Assembly (NCBI RefSeq): GCF_016433145.1
Contig: NC_058135.1
Location: forward strand, 165,452,582 to 165,516,581
Direction of reading: 5' to 3'
DNA: 64,000 bases
DNA from: Gracilinanus agilis
Lineage: Eukaryota
Position numbers and translations under genes: made by a program. This document shows positions 25,601-38,400 of the stretch, one piece after another; position 1 is the stretch's first letter, and each line of letters begins with the position of its first letter. The notes under the pieces were generated by a model. That model saw only the letters and a list, made by a program, of their open reading frames with translations, searched no databases and was not told the origin of the DNA.

Positions 25601-28600
25601 TAAACCAAAAAAAAAAAAGGCTTTTATTCTATATCCTCTTACAGATCTGTGTAAAGTTCCATCGCATTGTGTTGTTTTCTTTCAGGAACAATTCTTTACA
25701 AGATTCAATTCTTGCCTTAAAAAAATACCAATATTATAGGTCTCCGTAAGCTTGAGAGAGCCGAGCCTTTTATGGTACCAAAGTAAGAAGGCAGGCAGGC
25801 TGTCCATAGAATGAGGTCTCAAGGTATGGACATCCTTGGCTGAATGGCAGAGTCTTTCTTTTTTACTGGTCAGTTGCATGCAAAGAGAACTTGGTCCTGT
25901 ACTTAATTTGGAGTCATCCTGACCTTGTTATGTTCACATTGTTGCATAAACTTTGGCTCACTTCTTCTTGTTGCCAATAGGTTCATTGTTGAAGAAGCTT
26001 TACCAAGGTCAGGGAGGAGAATAGTTGTTTTTTATGCCAAAGCGTAGGACTATTTTAGTTGGCTCATCAACTAGTTGCCATTGGGAGTGCCTAGATTCTA
26101 CATGGGGGAAGGGAAGGGAATAAACATTTATTAAGTGCCTGCTATGTGCCAGAAACTGTGTTCTGTGCTTTTACAAATATTACCCTGTTTGATCAAGCTA
26201 GGTAGCACAATGGCTAGAATGCTGGACCTGGACTTAGTCATACTAGAACTCAAAACCAGTCTTAGAAATTCATTAGCTATGTGACCCTGGGCAAGTCACT
26301 TAACCTTTGTCTGCTTCAGTTTTCTCCACTGTAAAATGGGGATGATAATAGCCTTACCTCTCAGAGCTGTTGTGAGGATCAAATGAGATAAGTAAACTTG
26401 TTCTCTTAACTATTAAAACTTTCCTTTATTTTGATGAAAGTTTTAAGTTGGTGGTGTAGTCCATATTCCATTCTGGATGATAGACTTTCACTCTCATATG
26501 AAACCAACATTTTATTCCTTAAGAATTTTTTGGTCATGATTTTTCCATTTTATTGTTTCATACCTCCTCTTTCCTAGAGTTCTCTTAGAGCAGGGGTCGG
26601 CAACCTTTTTGGCCATGAGGGCCATAAATGCCACATTTTTTAAAATGTAATTTCGTGAGAGCCATACAGTGCTCACAGTGCGCGCTCCTGTAACAGTGTG
26701 CACTCCTGTGACAGCACCTGAAAAAAAAATTGACTTTATGGCTCCTGCAGAAAGAGCCATATGTTGCCAACACCTGTCTTAGAGCATAATGGAAGATGTG
26801 GGGGGTGGGAGGAGGGGAGGGAAAGAACATGAATCATGTAGCCATGGGAAAATTCTCTAATTAAATAAACTTAATTAAAAAAAAAGAACATAATGGAAGA
26901 TGAGAAGAAAAGATTGAGGAAAAGAGAAGCATATTGCCAAGATTAAAGTAGGGCAGCTGGATGTAAGGGATGTTCTTAATTTGAATTCCTTCCCATTTTT
27001 GACCCCTTAGCATCCAGCATGAGAGACAGTCATATGAAGACAATAATGTGCCTGCCCATTCTTGCTATCTCTTGTGGTCCAACCAAGCCCCATTACCTGT
27101 AATTCATTTGGGTGACCTCTTTTTCTATACACTACATTCTATAGTAACTTACATTAATATCTGACCAAAGAAAATGTTTCTTTTGGGACTGACTTTTTCA
27201 AGTTTTGTTTTCTCATCTTGTCTATTTTATATTAAACTAAACATATTATTTTTCTTTCTCCAGGGCACCAATGCCTCTGCTCTGGAAAAAGACATTGGTC
27301 CAGAGCAGTTTCCAATCAATGAACACTACTTCGGATTGGTCAATGTGAGTATTATTTTCATTAAATTAAGTAGCCTAGTCTCTTTTCCCATATGGAACCC
27401 CCAATGGCCTTGTTTTCATTGCTTGATTTTCTTTTTTTTACAACCCTTACCCTCTGCCTTAGAATCAATACTTGTGTCTATTCGTTCCAAGACAGAAAAG
27501 CAGTAAGGGATAGGCAATGAGAGTTAAGTGACTTGCTCACACTCTAAGGAGTGTCTTCACTTGCCCGCATAGCTAGGAAGTATCTAAGGCTAGATCTGAA
27601 CCAAGGACCCCTGTCTCTAGGCCTTGCTTTCAAACCATTGAGCTACCCAGCTGTCCCCCATTGCTTGATTTTCAATAATTCCATTCTACTGATTAGAAAG
27701 TGGCAAATTGGAGGTTTAAAGCTGCCTTAAAATATACATTAGCTATTTTACCTGTGCTAGTTCCTCCTTTTTTTGTGGAGCCTTCTTTATAGGATCTCCC
27801 TTACCTATGTATCTTTTAGTAGCTAAGGATAAATTATACTATTCAACAATGAATTTTAATTTATTTTGATGGCCACTCCAGGTAAATCTATGCAGTCAAA
27901 CTTACCTTTTTCCTAAACCATATGGAGAAAAATCTTAGGTTAATGCTAAATTCATTGCATGATTAAATTTAAATCCCACAAATATTTATTAAGTACTATA
28001 TTTTATATACATTAAGAGAAAGATTAAATAAAACATACGTCTCTTTCTAGTTTGTAAGATTATTGAGGGCAAGGACACATAGAGGAATAAATATAATATC
28101 AGATAAAAAAAGATAATTCTGTAAAACAAATACAACCGAGTTATTATGCAAAGGACAGAAAAAGAAATATCATTTCCATCTCAAGGGAGATAAGGCAATA
28201 ATTAGATCAGACTTCAGGGAGAAAGTGACATTTGAACTGAGTCTTCAGAGGTCAGGGGGTTTCTTAACCCAAAGGGAAAGAACATGGAATGCATTCCAGC
28301 TTCTGGTGAAGTAGACAGGAGGAGCCATTCTATGCAAACTTCTGGTCCCATTTCATTTCTGTTTTAGCCCCTTTGAATTTCCCCAGAGCAAAACCCGGTG
28401 CATAACAAGATCTACCAGGCTCTGGTTTCCTGACCAGCTGGCTATGGCCAAGTAATCAAGTAATACAACCCATCTCCCTTACACTTTCCCTTCCTGATCT
28501 GCCTCTCTGGGTAGAGGGCTTAATAGAGCAGAAACACACTCTCAGAAATACCAGGCTGTCTTGTACAGCTGCTCTGGTAGCACACTCTGATGATGTAGCC

Positions 28601-31600
28601 ATAGGCTAAAGCATGATTTCCAAAGGAAGTTGCCCTCTGAATGCAGCCCTTTCCCCCTGGGTGTGTGGCTTCCCTCTTGAACCTTCCTTATAAAGGGAGA
28701 GTGAGAGGCTAGCAAGGAGAGAAGGAAGGTTATGGAACCTGAAGTGATGTCTTTGGGTCGGAACAGAAGCATATAAGGGAGGGCTGTGAGTGAAATGAGA
28801 ACATTTATTAAAATAGAATGTCTTGGACCCCTGTCTGTACGGGCCATTACTGAAGTAGTGGGAGTTTTGCCTTTACAAAGAGAAATGTATTCATGGTATG
28901 TGGGGAGGAATAAAAATGGAGGCAATTAAATGGAAGGAGAAAGAGAAACTGATGTTTATTTTCTTTCTCCCCAGACTTGTTAGTTTTTTCACATTCGCAA
29001 CAAATGTGATATGTCACAGCTCCATCTAATTTCTTAAAAGAAATTGTTCTCTCTCTCCCTCACCTTTACCCGCACCCTTTCTCCTCTCTTTTAAAAAAGA
29101 AAAACCCTTAGCTTCTGTCTTAGAATCCATATTAGTATCAGTTCCAAGACAGAAGGGTAGTAAGGACTAGGCAAATGGGGTTAAATGACTTGCTAGGAAG
29201 AGCATGGGGCGAGATTTGAATCGAGGGTCTCCTGTTTCTAGGTCTGGCTTTCTATTCACTGAGCTATCTCTATTCTCCCTTCTCTTCTTTCTGCCTCCTT
29301 CCTTGCCCCTTCCCCTTTTCTTCCATCTCTTTTTTTGTGTATATACACTATTAAACCTGGCAAGACCATTCAAATTCAGAAAAGGAAAATATAACCCAGA
29401 AGCTTTCCCCGTCGAAGCCTTCTCCCAGGCACTGTCTGTTGACTAAGGGCCAAGTTTCAGTGAAATAGTGTAAGGCTCTCACCTCAGGACCTTATCATTG
29501 GTGTGTAACATTAAGAAGCTGGTAAGAAGCAGGGGAAGGTTATAGGACTTGAAGTGTTCATGGGTTGGAGTAGGATATTATTAATAAATCAGAGGGAATA
29601 TCTGTCTTCTTCTTGGGCTAAAAACAAGCCACAAACTAAAGGAACAATTAGGGTCTGTCGTTCTGATGAGAGATTCATTTACTGTTTCAAAGAGAAGAGG
29701 ATCCTGGATTTAGAGTCTGTGAAAGCTGGGGATATACTAGTTTCACTGAGAAGTAGTATGGCATTGTAGATAGAAAACCTGCTTTCAGGGAGATGTTGGT
29801 TTCAGTCCACTGATGGCTGTGTGATCCTGGGCAAGTCACTTCATTTCTTGATTTTCCAGCCAACCTCTTAATATTATGAAATGTAGAGCCAGTGTTGACT
29901 TTCAAAGGCAGAGGAATTTTCCTCACTGGCCATTTCTCATACCAAAAAACCCCAAAACAAACTGAATAGTTATACTATTTATTTCACAGGGTTCTTGTGA
30001 AGATCAAATGAGAAAATACAAATAAAGTTCTTTGTGAACCATAAAGGCCATTTGACCTGCAATGAACTCAAATTTAGCAAGCAGAGAACTACCAGCCTTC
30101 CACAATGAGACGAGAACATTTGAATGGTCTTTCTAGGCTTAATAATATCTACCATGATGTTTTTTCCCCACTTGTGACATTATACCAAAGCCAGATTGTC
30201 GCTACCCTTCCAATTACTAGTACATTTGTAAAGATAAAGGCTAAAAAAGCATTTGTTCTAATACTTTTTCTCCTTTTTTGTGGTCTATATTTTGTCTTCA
30301 TGTATCCTTTTATTATCTTGGTGGCTAGGGGTCAAGAAAGCTCAAAGTTGTCTGGATCTTCCTGTGTTTCCAAGAATCTCTGCCCTCACAAGTGGGTGGC
30401 ATTCAGCTTCTGCTGAAATGACTCCTTTGAGGGAGAACTTTTTGGACAGCTGTGAAGCTTAGACATTTTTTCCTTATCAGCAGCTGAACTCTACCTCCTT
30501 TGTAATCCCTACTCATTGATCTTAGCCTCACCCTCTGCAATTCTAGAGATTGTCTAATACCTCTTCCAGATGGCAGCTTTGAAGTATTTGAAGACAGCTA
30601 TCATGTCCCCTCTCCTCCCCACTTCTAAGTCTTATCTTCTCCAGGCTAAACAGCTCTGGTTTCTTCAATGAGTCCTTATCTGATATGGTTTCAAACTCAT
30701 CATCCTGATTGCCCTTCTTTCTACTATGCACCTGTTGGTAATTTTTCTTTAGATATGGTCTGGCCATACTAGAGATTGTCCTGCTATTTATGCAGCCAAA
30801 GATAGAATTGCCATTTTTAGTCCATCATTTCAAACTCATATTGAGTTGGCAGTTAGCCCAAATCCTTAAGTCTTTTTTTCCATGAAAAGAGTCTTTCCTT
30901 CCTAAACATAAATATAGGATTTAAACATTTGTCCTTATCAGATTTCATCTCTTAGATTTGTCTCATCATCCTAGCCAACAAGACCCAACCAGTTTCTCCA
31001 TCAGGGAATAAGACTTATTTTACTCTGAAGATTTTTGCATGTGGTCTGTTGTACTCAGAGGAAAGGTTCAAAGACTATCATTGAGGATGTTTGTGTTTTT
31101 CATCTTTTTAAATTGATCATACTGATCTTTACAATTCAAGGATTTTACTACATTTCTAGTACAAGTAGGCTGACGTAGATTCTCATGCCTGGATGAGCAT
31201 TGAATATTAAGGTCTCCAGAGATAAAGGGCTTCTAGAAATCAGATCTCTTTGGGAAATGATTCATGATAATCTGTTTTTCCTTTGGCAGTTTGGGAACAC
31301 ATGCTACTGTAACTCCGTGCTGCAGGCATTGTATTTCTGTCGGCCGTTTCGAGAAAATGTATTGGCGTATAAGGCCCAGCAAAAAAAGAAGGAAAATCTG
31401 TTGACTTGCCTAGCAGACCTTTTTCACAGCATTGCTACTCAGAAGAAAAAAGTTGGCGTTATTCCACCAAAGAAGTTCATTTCAAGGTTAAGAAAGGAGA
31501 ATGGTGAGTGTAAAGCAATGCCTTGTTTAAAGCATGACTAGTCTTGTCTGCTTTCCTATAAAACGAGAAAAAAATTAATGATAGGACTTAGTGGATCAAA

Positions 31601-32381
31601 TTACTTCAATCATAAGGTTTATTTCAAGAGTCTGCCATTTTGTTATTGGTGGCATTCTCTCTACAAGTGGAGAATGTAATTCTTATTAGATTTTTAAAAA
31701 TCTACTTATTAGGTTTTCCCCCAAGAGCTGTGTCCAAAAAAAAAAAAGATCATAAACTTGTGACCCACCTAGTGATGGCTCTCTCTATCCAAAAACAAAG
31801 TCCATTATTGGGTTTGTATTTATAAGCTTCTTGCAATTTGGTGGACTCTTTTAGAGTGTGCTTTCACTGATATAGCCCTTGAGGATTGATGTACATCTTT
31901 TTATATCAAAGAGGCTTCAAAATAGGTTTTTAATGGAGGAATGGCTCCAATATGAAGGTAAAATTTGAAATTTTGTTTTAGCAGGAGGTTCTATGAATTT
32001 TTTTTAATATATGTATAATAATAGTTCAATAACATTGGTTTTCTTGATATCTTATTTTCTACATTAAAAAAGTTTTTCTGAAAAGCGGTCACAAAAATAG
32101 GCCTTCCATTTTTTAGAATAACCTCCCAGAAGGATTAGATGTGTTCTGCTTGATCTGAGTGGGAAGAACCAGGAGTGATGAGTAGAAGGTACAATGAGGC
32201 AAATTTAGACTTAGATGAAATTTGGTCAGTCAATAAGCAATTATTAGGCATTTACTATAGCCAGACACAGTGCTAAACACACTGGGAATACAAATACAAG
32301 CAGAAATAAGGATAGTTCCTGCCCTCAAGGAATTTACATTCTAATGAGAGAGGACCATCCATAAAAGGAAGCTGAAAAGAC

Positions 32382-32419
<38 letters not shown>

Positions 32420-35400
32420 CACCCGCACGAGTGCGCATATACACAAAGGTATGTGGCACAGATACATTATAGAGGATATGAGGGGTACAGCATAGGGAGT
32501 AATGAGATGTTGGCTGGCCTAAATGCCCTCTAAGGAGAAGCCATCTGATTAGATGGAGAGGCCAGACCTAGGGGTAGAGATTGGTACTTCCATTGTGAGG
32601 ATTCCAGGGTTTGAGTGAGCTTCAGGATGAACAGGGTTCTGGGGCATGGAACAGGAAGTCCATAGTACAGCCTAGAGAGGAATGAAAAGGAAAGGAAAGA
32701 ACAAACTTGTGACCCTCAGAACAATCACCGAGGGTAGTGGGCTGCTTTAGGAGGTGGAGGATTTCCCCTTATTGGAGGTCTCAAAGTGGTGGATAGGAAA
32801 TTGTCATGGAGATTCTTTTTCAGGTATAGATTAGATTTCATGACTGTAAAGAGCCCTTTCTGCTCTAAAAATTTTGTAATTTTTGTTTGAGGACCGAAAA
32901 AAGCCCACCTCCCCCAAAATAGAGCCCTCTTCTTATAGGATCATAACCAGGGTATTGTAAGAGAGACATTTGCCCTAGGCATTCCTCTAAATAGAACTTC
33001 AATTGAAAGAAACATTTTGATCCATTAATTAGACAAAATTATACTATCCTGTACCCTTGTCATAAGTATTTATAGCAAATGAATATCATCTCATACTAGG
33101 TAGTGCTTTAAAAAAACAAACAAACTAGTTCTTTTTAATTAGATTGTCCCATTCAGTTAAAGAATATCAATTTAATATACTGTGCTTTGTGTTCAGTTGA
33201 CTTGCTGCTGTTCTGGTTTCTTACTCTGATTTAATTTTTTTCTTGGAAGGGAAGAGCTACATCGGATGAAAAACTATTTATAGAATAGCTAAAGTTGTTT
33301 GATGTGTGCTCAGGTATATCTTATCTTTTAGCATTAACCAGTTTAGCCAAAGCTCATTGTTAGATGATCTAATCTTACATGAAGCAGTAAGATTTGAACC
33401 CTGAGCCACCTAGCTGCCCCTTTCCTTATTGTTTTTTTTTTTTAAGATAACTATCCTCTGTCCAGTCTCCCAGGTTCATAATCTTGATATTATCCTTAAT
33501 GCTTTATTCTTCCTCATCTAGGCTCTTGCCTTTCACTTCCATGATGTCTCTTATTCCTGTCTCCTCTCTACTTCACACACTTTTATGCAGGTCCCCATCA
33601 TCTTTTGCCTAGATTTTTAAAAATTCATGTTTTATAATGAACTTAACAAAATGTCCACAAATGCATACATTTCTGTATAGATGGTAGAAAACCATCTCAT
33701 CTGGTCCACCACGAATCGGGGCTGTTTGGCATCTAAGAATTTTCACCGTAAGCATTTACACTTTGGAATTCAGCAGATGGTACAAATCAGAGCTTGATTT
33801 ATTGTTTTCTTGATTGACTAGGCTTAAGAAAGTGATGGAGAAAATATTAATAATGCAAATTAAACTGAAAACTCTTTGGAAATTTTTGGAGAGTCAGTTG
33901 TTAAAATTTTACTAGCACACTCCTGATAATCATATCTAAATTGGTCTCCATCCCTTAAGTTTCTCTTCACACCATTCCACCTATCATAAGAGCTGCCAAA
34001 AGTAATTTACCTTAAGTATCAATCTTACTATACTATTCCCCTACTCAGTAAACTAGTGGTCGAGTATTGCCTCTCAGATCAAATATAAACCTTCAGGATT
34101 GTCTTTTAAAGCCTTTCCCAGCCCCAGTTCATCTTTCCAACCTCATCATAGATTACTCCTTTTCCCTACCTTAATAGACCTAATCTCCACCTCCCATCTA
34201 CATGTCTTTGTACTGGTTTTCTGTCCTCCATGCTTGAAATGCCAAATGCCCATCAGCTCTTACTCACAGTCTTTGGCTTCCTTCAGAACCCAGCCTCCTA
34301 CCCAAAGCCTTTCCTTATTCCTCCCAATTGCCTTGTAGGTTATCTATTCTGTATTGATTCTCTATGTTTTTATCTGGACACGTTGTCTCCCCTAATAAAA
34401 TGTAAGCTCCTTGGATTGTTTCCAGATGGAGATTTCTTTCCTCAGAGCCCAGCAGTATGCCTGCCACATGTAGGCGGTGTTTAATAAATTCTAATTGAGG
34501 GATGCTGTCATGCAACAAGGTTGAATGCACTTAAGTACAAGAGGACACATGCCTATAATGAGATGCTGGTTGTGTATACGCGTCATCAGATGTATGTGCT
34601 GTGTACTATTTAAATTCAGAGTAGAGCAACTTTGCTTTGGTTATAGGAATCTGTCCTCAAATTAAGGAGCTTGTTACACGTTCCTCTCTAAAGTAGATTA
34701 GTTCTAATTCATATGTACAATCTTACTTTCCAGTTATTTCACTTGATATCTGGAAATCAAACATTAGTTCCATAGTATAAGATCTTTTCTTGCCTTCTCT
34801 GCAAATCATCTCCCCCAGCTCTTCAAGCCCTGTGACCCCTTAAATCTTTTGCCCTTGCCCCAAAGTTATCTCTATTTCCTCCCTCACCCTTCCCTGACCC
34901 GCATTAGCATGGTACATGGCACATAGTAACTATAGTTTAATTACCAAACGCTTGGTAACTATGTCATAAAATGACAAATATAAAGAATTTGGAGAAACTT
35001 GGGAAGACTTGGAGGAACTGATGTCAGCCAAATGAAGTCAGCAGAAGGAAAAGAACCATGTCCATAATGAACAGAGTAATGTAAAGGGAAACAAACCAGA
35101 AAAGCTTTAGAGCTCTGATTTTAGCTGAGACTTAAAGAATCTAGGGAAGTGAGGAGATGGAGATAAGAAGGGAGAGAATGCCAGGCATGGGGGACAGTCA
35201 GCCAGTGAAAACACCTGGAGTCAGGAGATGGGGTGTCTTGTTTGAGGAACCACAAGGAAGCCAGTATCACTAGCCTGAAGAGTATGTAAAGGGAAGTAAG
35301 TTAGAAAGGGAAACATGTTATGAAGGGCTTTAAGAGCCAAACACGGGATTTTATATTTGATCCTGGTGGTGAAAAGGAGCCACTGGAGCTTATTGAAGAG

Positions 35401-38400
35401 AGGGATGACATGATCAGACCTGTACTTTAGGATAATCACTTTGACAGCTAAGTAGAGGCTGGACTGACTGGAGGGAGCACAGGGGCATGAGGTGGGGAGC
35501 CCAAGAAGAAAGGAAGATTTAAGTTGTGTTGAAGGGAGCTAGAACACAAGAGAGATATTCTCATTTCTTTCTCTATCCGATTTCAATATCCTGTAGTTTT
35601 GGATCACTGAAATCTTTAGAAGAGACCTTGATTCCTTGGAGGCTGAATAATTCATAACAGAAAATTCAGAAAGTTGATAGCTCTTTTTCTTTCCTGTAGC
35701 AGTGGGACAGTGGATAGGTTACTGGACATAGAGTCAGGAAGCCCCAGATTTAACTTACATTTGTGACTCCGAATAAGTCACCTCATCTCCGTGCCTTAGT
35801 TTCCTCACCTGTAAAATGAAAGGGTGAATGGTCTTTTCAACTCTTAATCTATGAACTTGTTTTGGATAATATTCAAACTTTGTTTTATCAGGAAACAGAA
35901 CTTTAAAGAACTATCCATACTTAAAGCAAAAATCTTAAATTATAACTTAGAGATGGTTTCTTTTTTATTTAAATGCAGCTCCCTGGAAAGCTTAGGACTT
36001 AGAAAGTAAAATTGAAATGGCCAAGAATTATTCTTAAAGCTTAGTTGCATAACACAGAGAAGTATCCTAATATACCTGTCCTTCTTTTAAAATAAAAGTT
36101 TAGACATGGTACTTGATTTTAATTATGCAATTTTTTCCCTATAAAATGGAGAGCAAAATAGTGAATTTCTTTTTTTTTTCAGATCTCTTTGACAACTACA
36201 TGCAGCAGGATGCCCATGAATTTTTAAATTATTTGCTAAACACTATTGCAGACATCCTGCAGGAGGAAAAAAAGCAGGAAAAACAAAATGGGAAGTTAAA
36301 AAATGGCAACATGAATGAACCTGTGGAAAACAACAAACCAGAACTCACCTGGGTACATGAAATCTTTCAGGGAACGCTGACCAATGAAACTCGTTGCTTG
36401 AACTGTGAAACTGTAAGCTTTCAGATATTTTTTTCATGTTGTAAATTGTGTATGTGCACAGGCACGTGCATTTATATGCATGCTTCTTCTTTAACTAGCA
36501 ACAAAAATATACTCAAACCTACTGTGGATGAGGCACCATTCTAAAAAAAATATCAAACTGTTCAGATGTCAATCAAATGTATATGTAGTGGGTATGTGTA
36601 GATGGATAAATGTATGAGTACATGGGGAGGGGGAACCCAAAGATAAAACATGGTCTCTACTCTCAAGGACCTTAAATCTCTAAAGAATGTAAGTACTTGG
36701 GTAAGTCTACTTGAGCTAGATAATTGAGAATTTTTTCTCACATTGTCTAGCCATCTTTCTCCCATTGTGCACTTGGGAAGTCGATTTATCTTTTTTTTAA
36801 AAAACCCTTACCTTCCATCTTAGAATCAATAATATGTATTGGTTCCCAGGCAGAAGAGCAATAAGGGCTAGGCAATGGGGGTTAAGTGACTTGCCCAGGG
36901 TCACACAGATAGGAAGTGTCTGAAACCAGATTTGAACCTAAGACTTCCCATCTTTAGGCCTGGCTCTCAATCCACTGAGCCACCCAGCTGCCTTCTACAT
37001 TTATCTTTAATGAATTTCATCTTCCCAGATTCATTCTGTTGCACCATTCTGGTATCCCTGCCCGCCATTTATATGTTTGAGGCATCAATAAAGCTGTTGA
37101 GGGGGCAGCTAGATGGCTCAGTGGATAGAAAGCCGGGGCTAGAGACAGGAGATCCTGGGTTCCAATGTGGTCTCAGATTCTTATGTGATTAGGTATGTGA
37201 TTAGGCAAGTCAGTTGACCCCCATTTCCTAGCCCTTACCTCTCTTCTGCCTTGGATCTGATACTTAGTGTTGATTCTAATATGGAAGGTAAGGGTTTAAC
37301 AAACAAACAAAAAATGACCCAAGCACAGATCCTTGAGGCACTGCACTAGAGACCTCCTTCCAAGGTGATTGAAAAACATCAGTGAGTCTATCCATTCATA
37401 GTTTTGAATCCATCTTACTAATCTATCATTTAGCCCTTAGCATCTTTTCCTAAACAATAGCTTGAAAAACTTTGTTAAGAATGTAAAATAATGATTATAA
37501 AAGATTGTGAGTTTGAAAATGTGTTACTTTAAGTGTGATCAGTACATATACTCATGCATCATTGCAGAAACAACCAAGGCTAGCATCTAGTTAGCAGGGA
37601 TATTTAATTGAAATAAGATGTTGTACACTGTTAATACTACTTATCTCTGAGCCTCTAATTCCCCTTCCCACTCCAATCAGTTGTCTTAATTACTTCTTGT
37701 ACTGCTTTTTCATTATGAATTATAAAGCTAATTTGAGGGCATGTTTGGTACTGCTTGCCCCCGGCACCATGATTATTAGTTATCACTCTTGAAGGAAGAG
37801 CTTTTATTAGATAATTCCATTAGTGCAGATGGGTGAAACTGAGGACCTGTGAGAGTTATGGCAGTGACAGAAGAGAAGAAAGGAGGTTGAAGTCGAGAGA
37901 GATTGCAATTATGGAGTTAAAGTAAATAGGACTTGGCAGCTGATTAGATAGGAGAGGTAAAAGGAGGAAAGAGTCAAAGCCAGCACTACAGTTTTGAAGG
38001 CGTAAGTGAAAGGTAATGATACAATTGACAGAAATGGTGAAATCAGAAGGAATTTTAGGTTGGGGAGCAAGATGGTGAAGTTGGTCTTAGACATATTGAT
38101 TCTGTTGTTATTTTCTGCCCAGTGCTCAGCATTGCTGGCTGTGGAGAACTTAAAGTGCTATTGACGTGTTCGAGTTCACAAAGATGTAAAAGACTGATTA
38201 TATTGAGTGTGTGCTTTGTCCAGGCCAGGTATGCTTTGAAGGATGAGAAGATAATTCAAGAGTTAAGAAAAAATGATCAATAATTACATTTGTGAAATCT
38301 CCCAGTGGGACCCAACTGCAGAGGATTGTGCTGAGTAGAGAGATTGGCCCCTGGAGAGTTGTCAGTGTGATAATAAGAACTCCATGTTTCTTCTAATTGC

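Noticed and set aside
28588-28640. TGATGA...CTGA pair in intron 2
   Set aside because: Too short, non-purine before the C box, no terminal stem.
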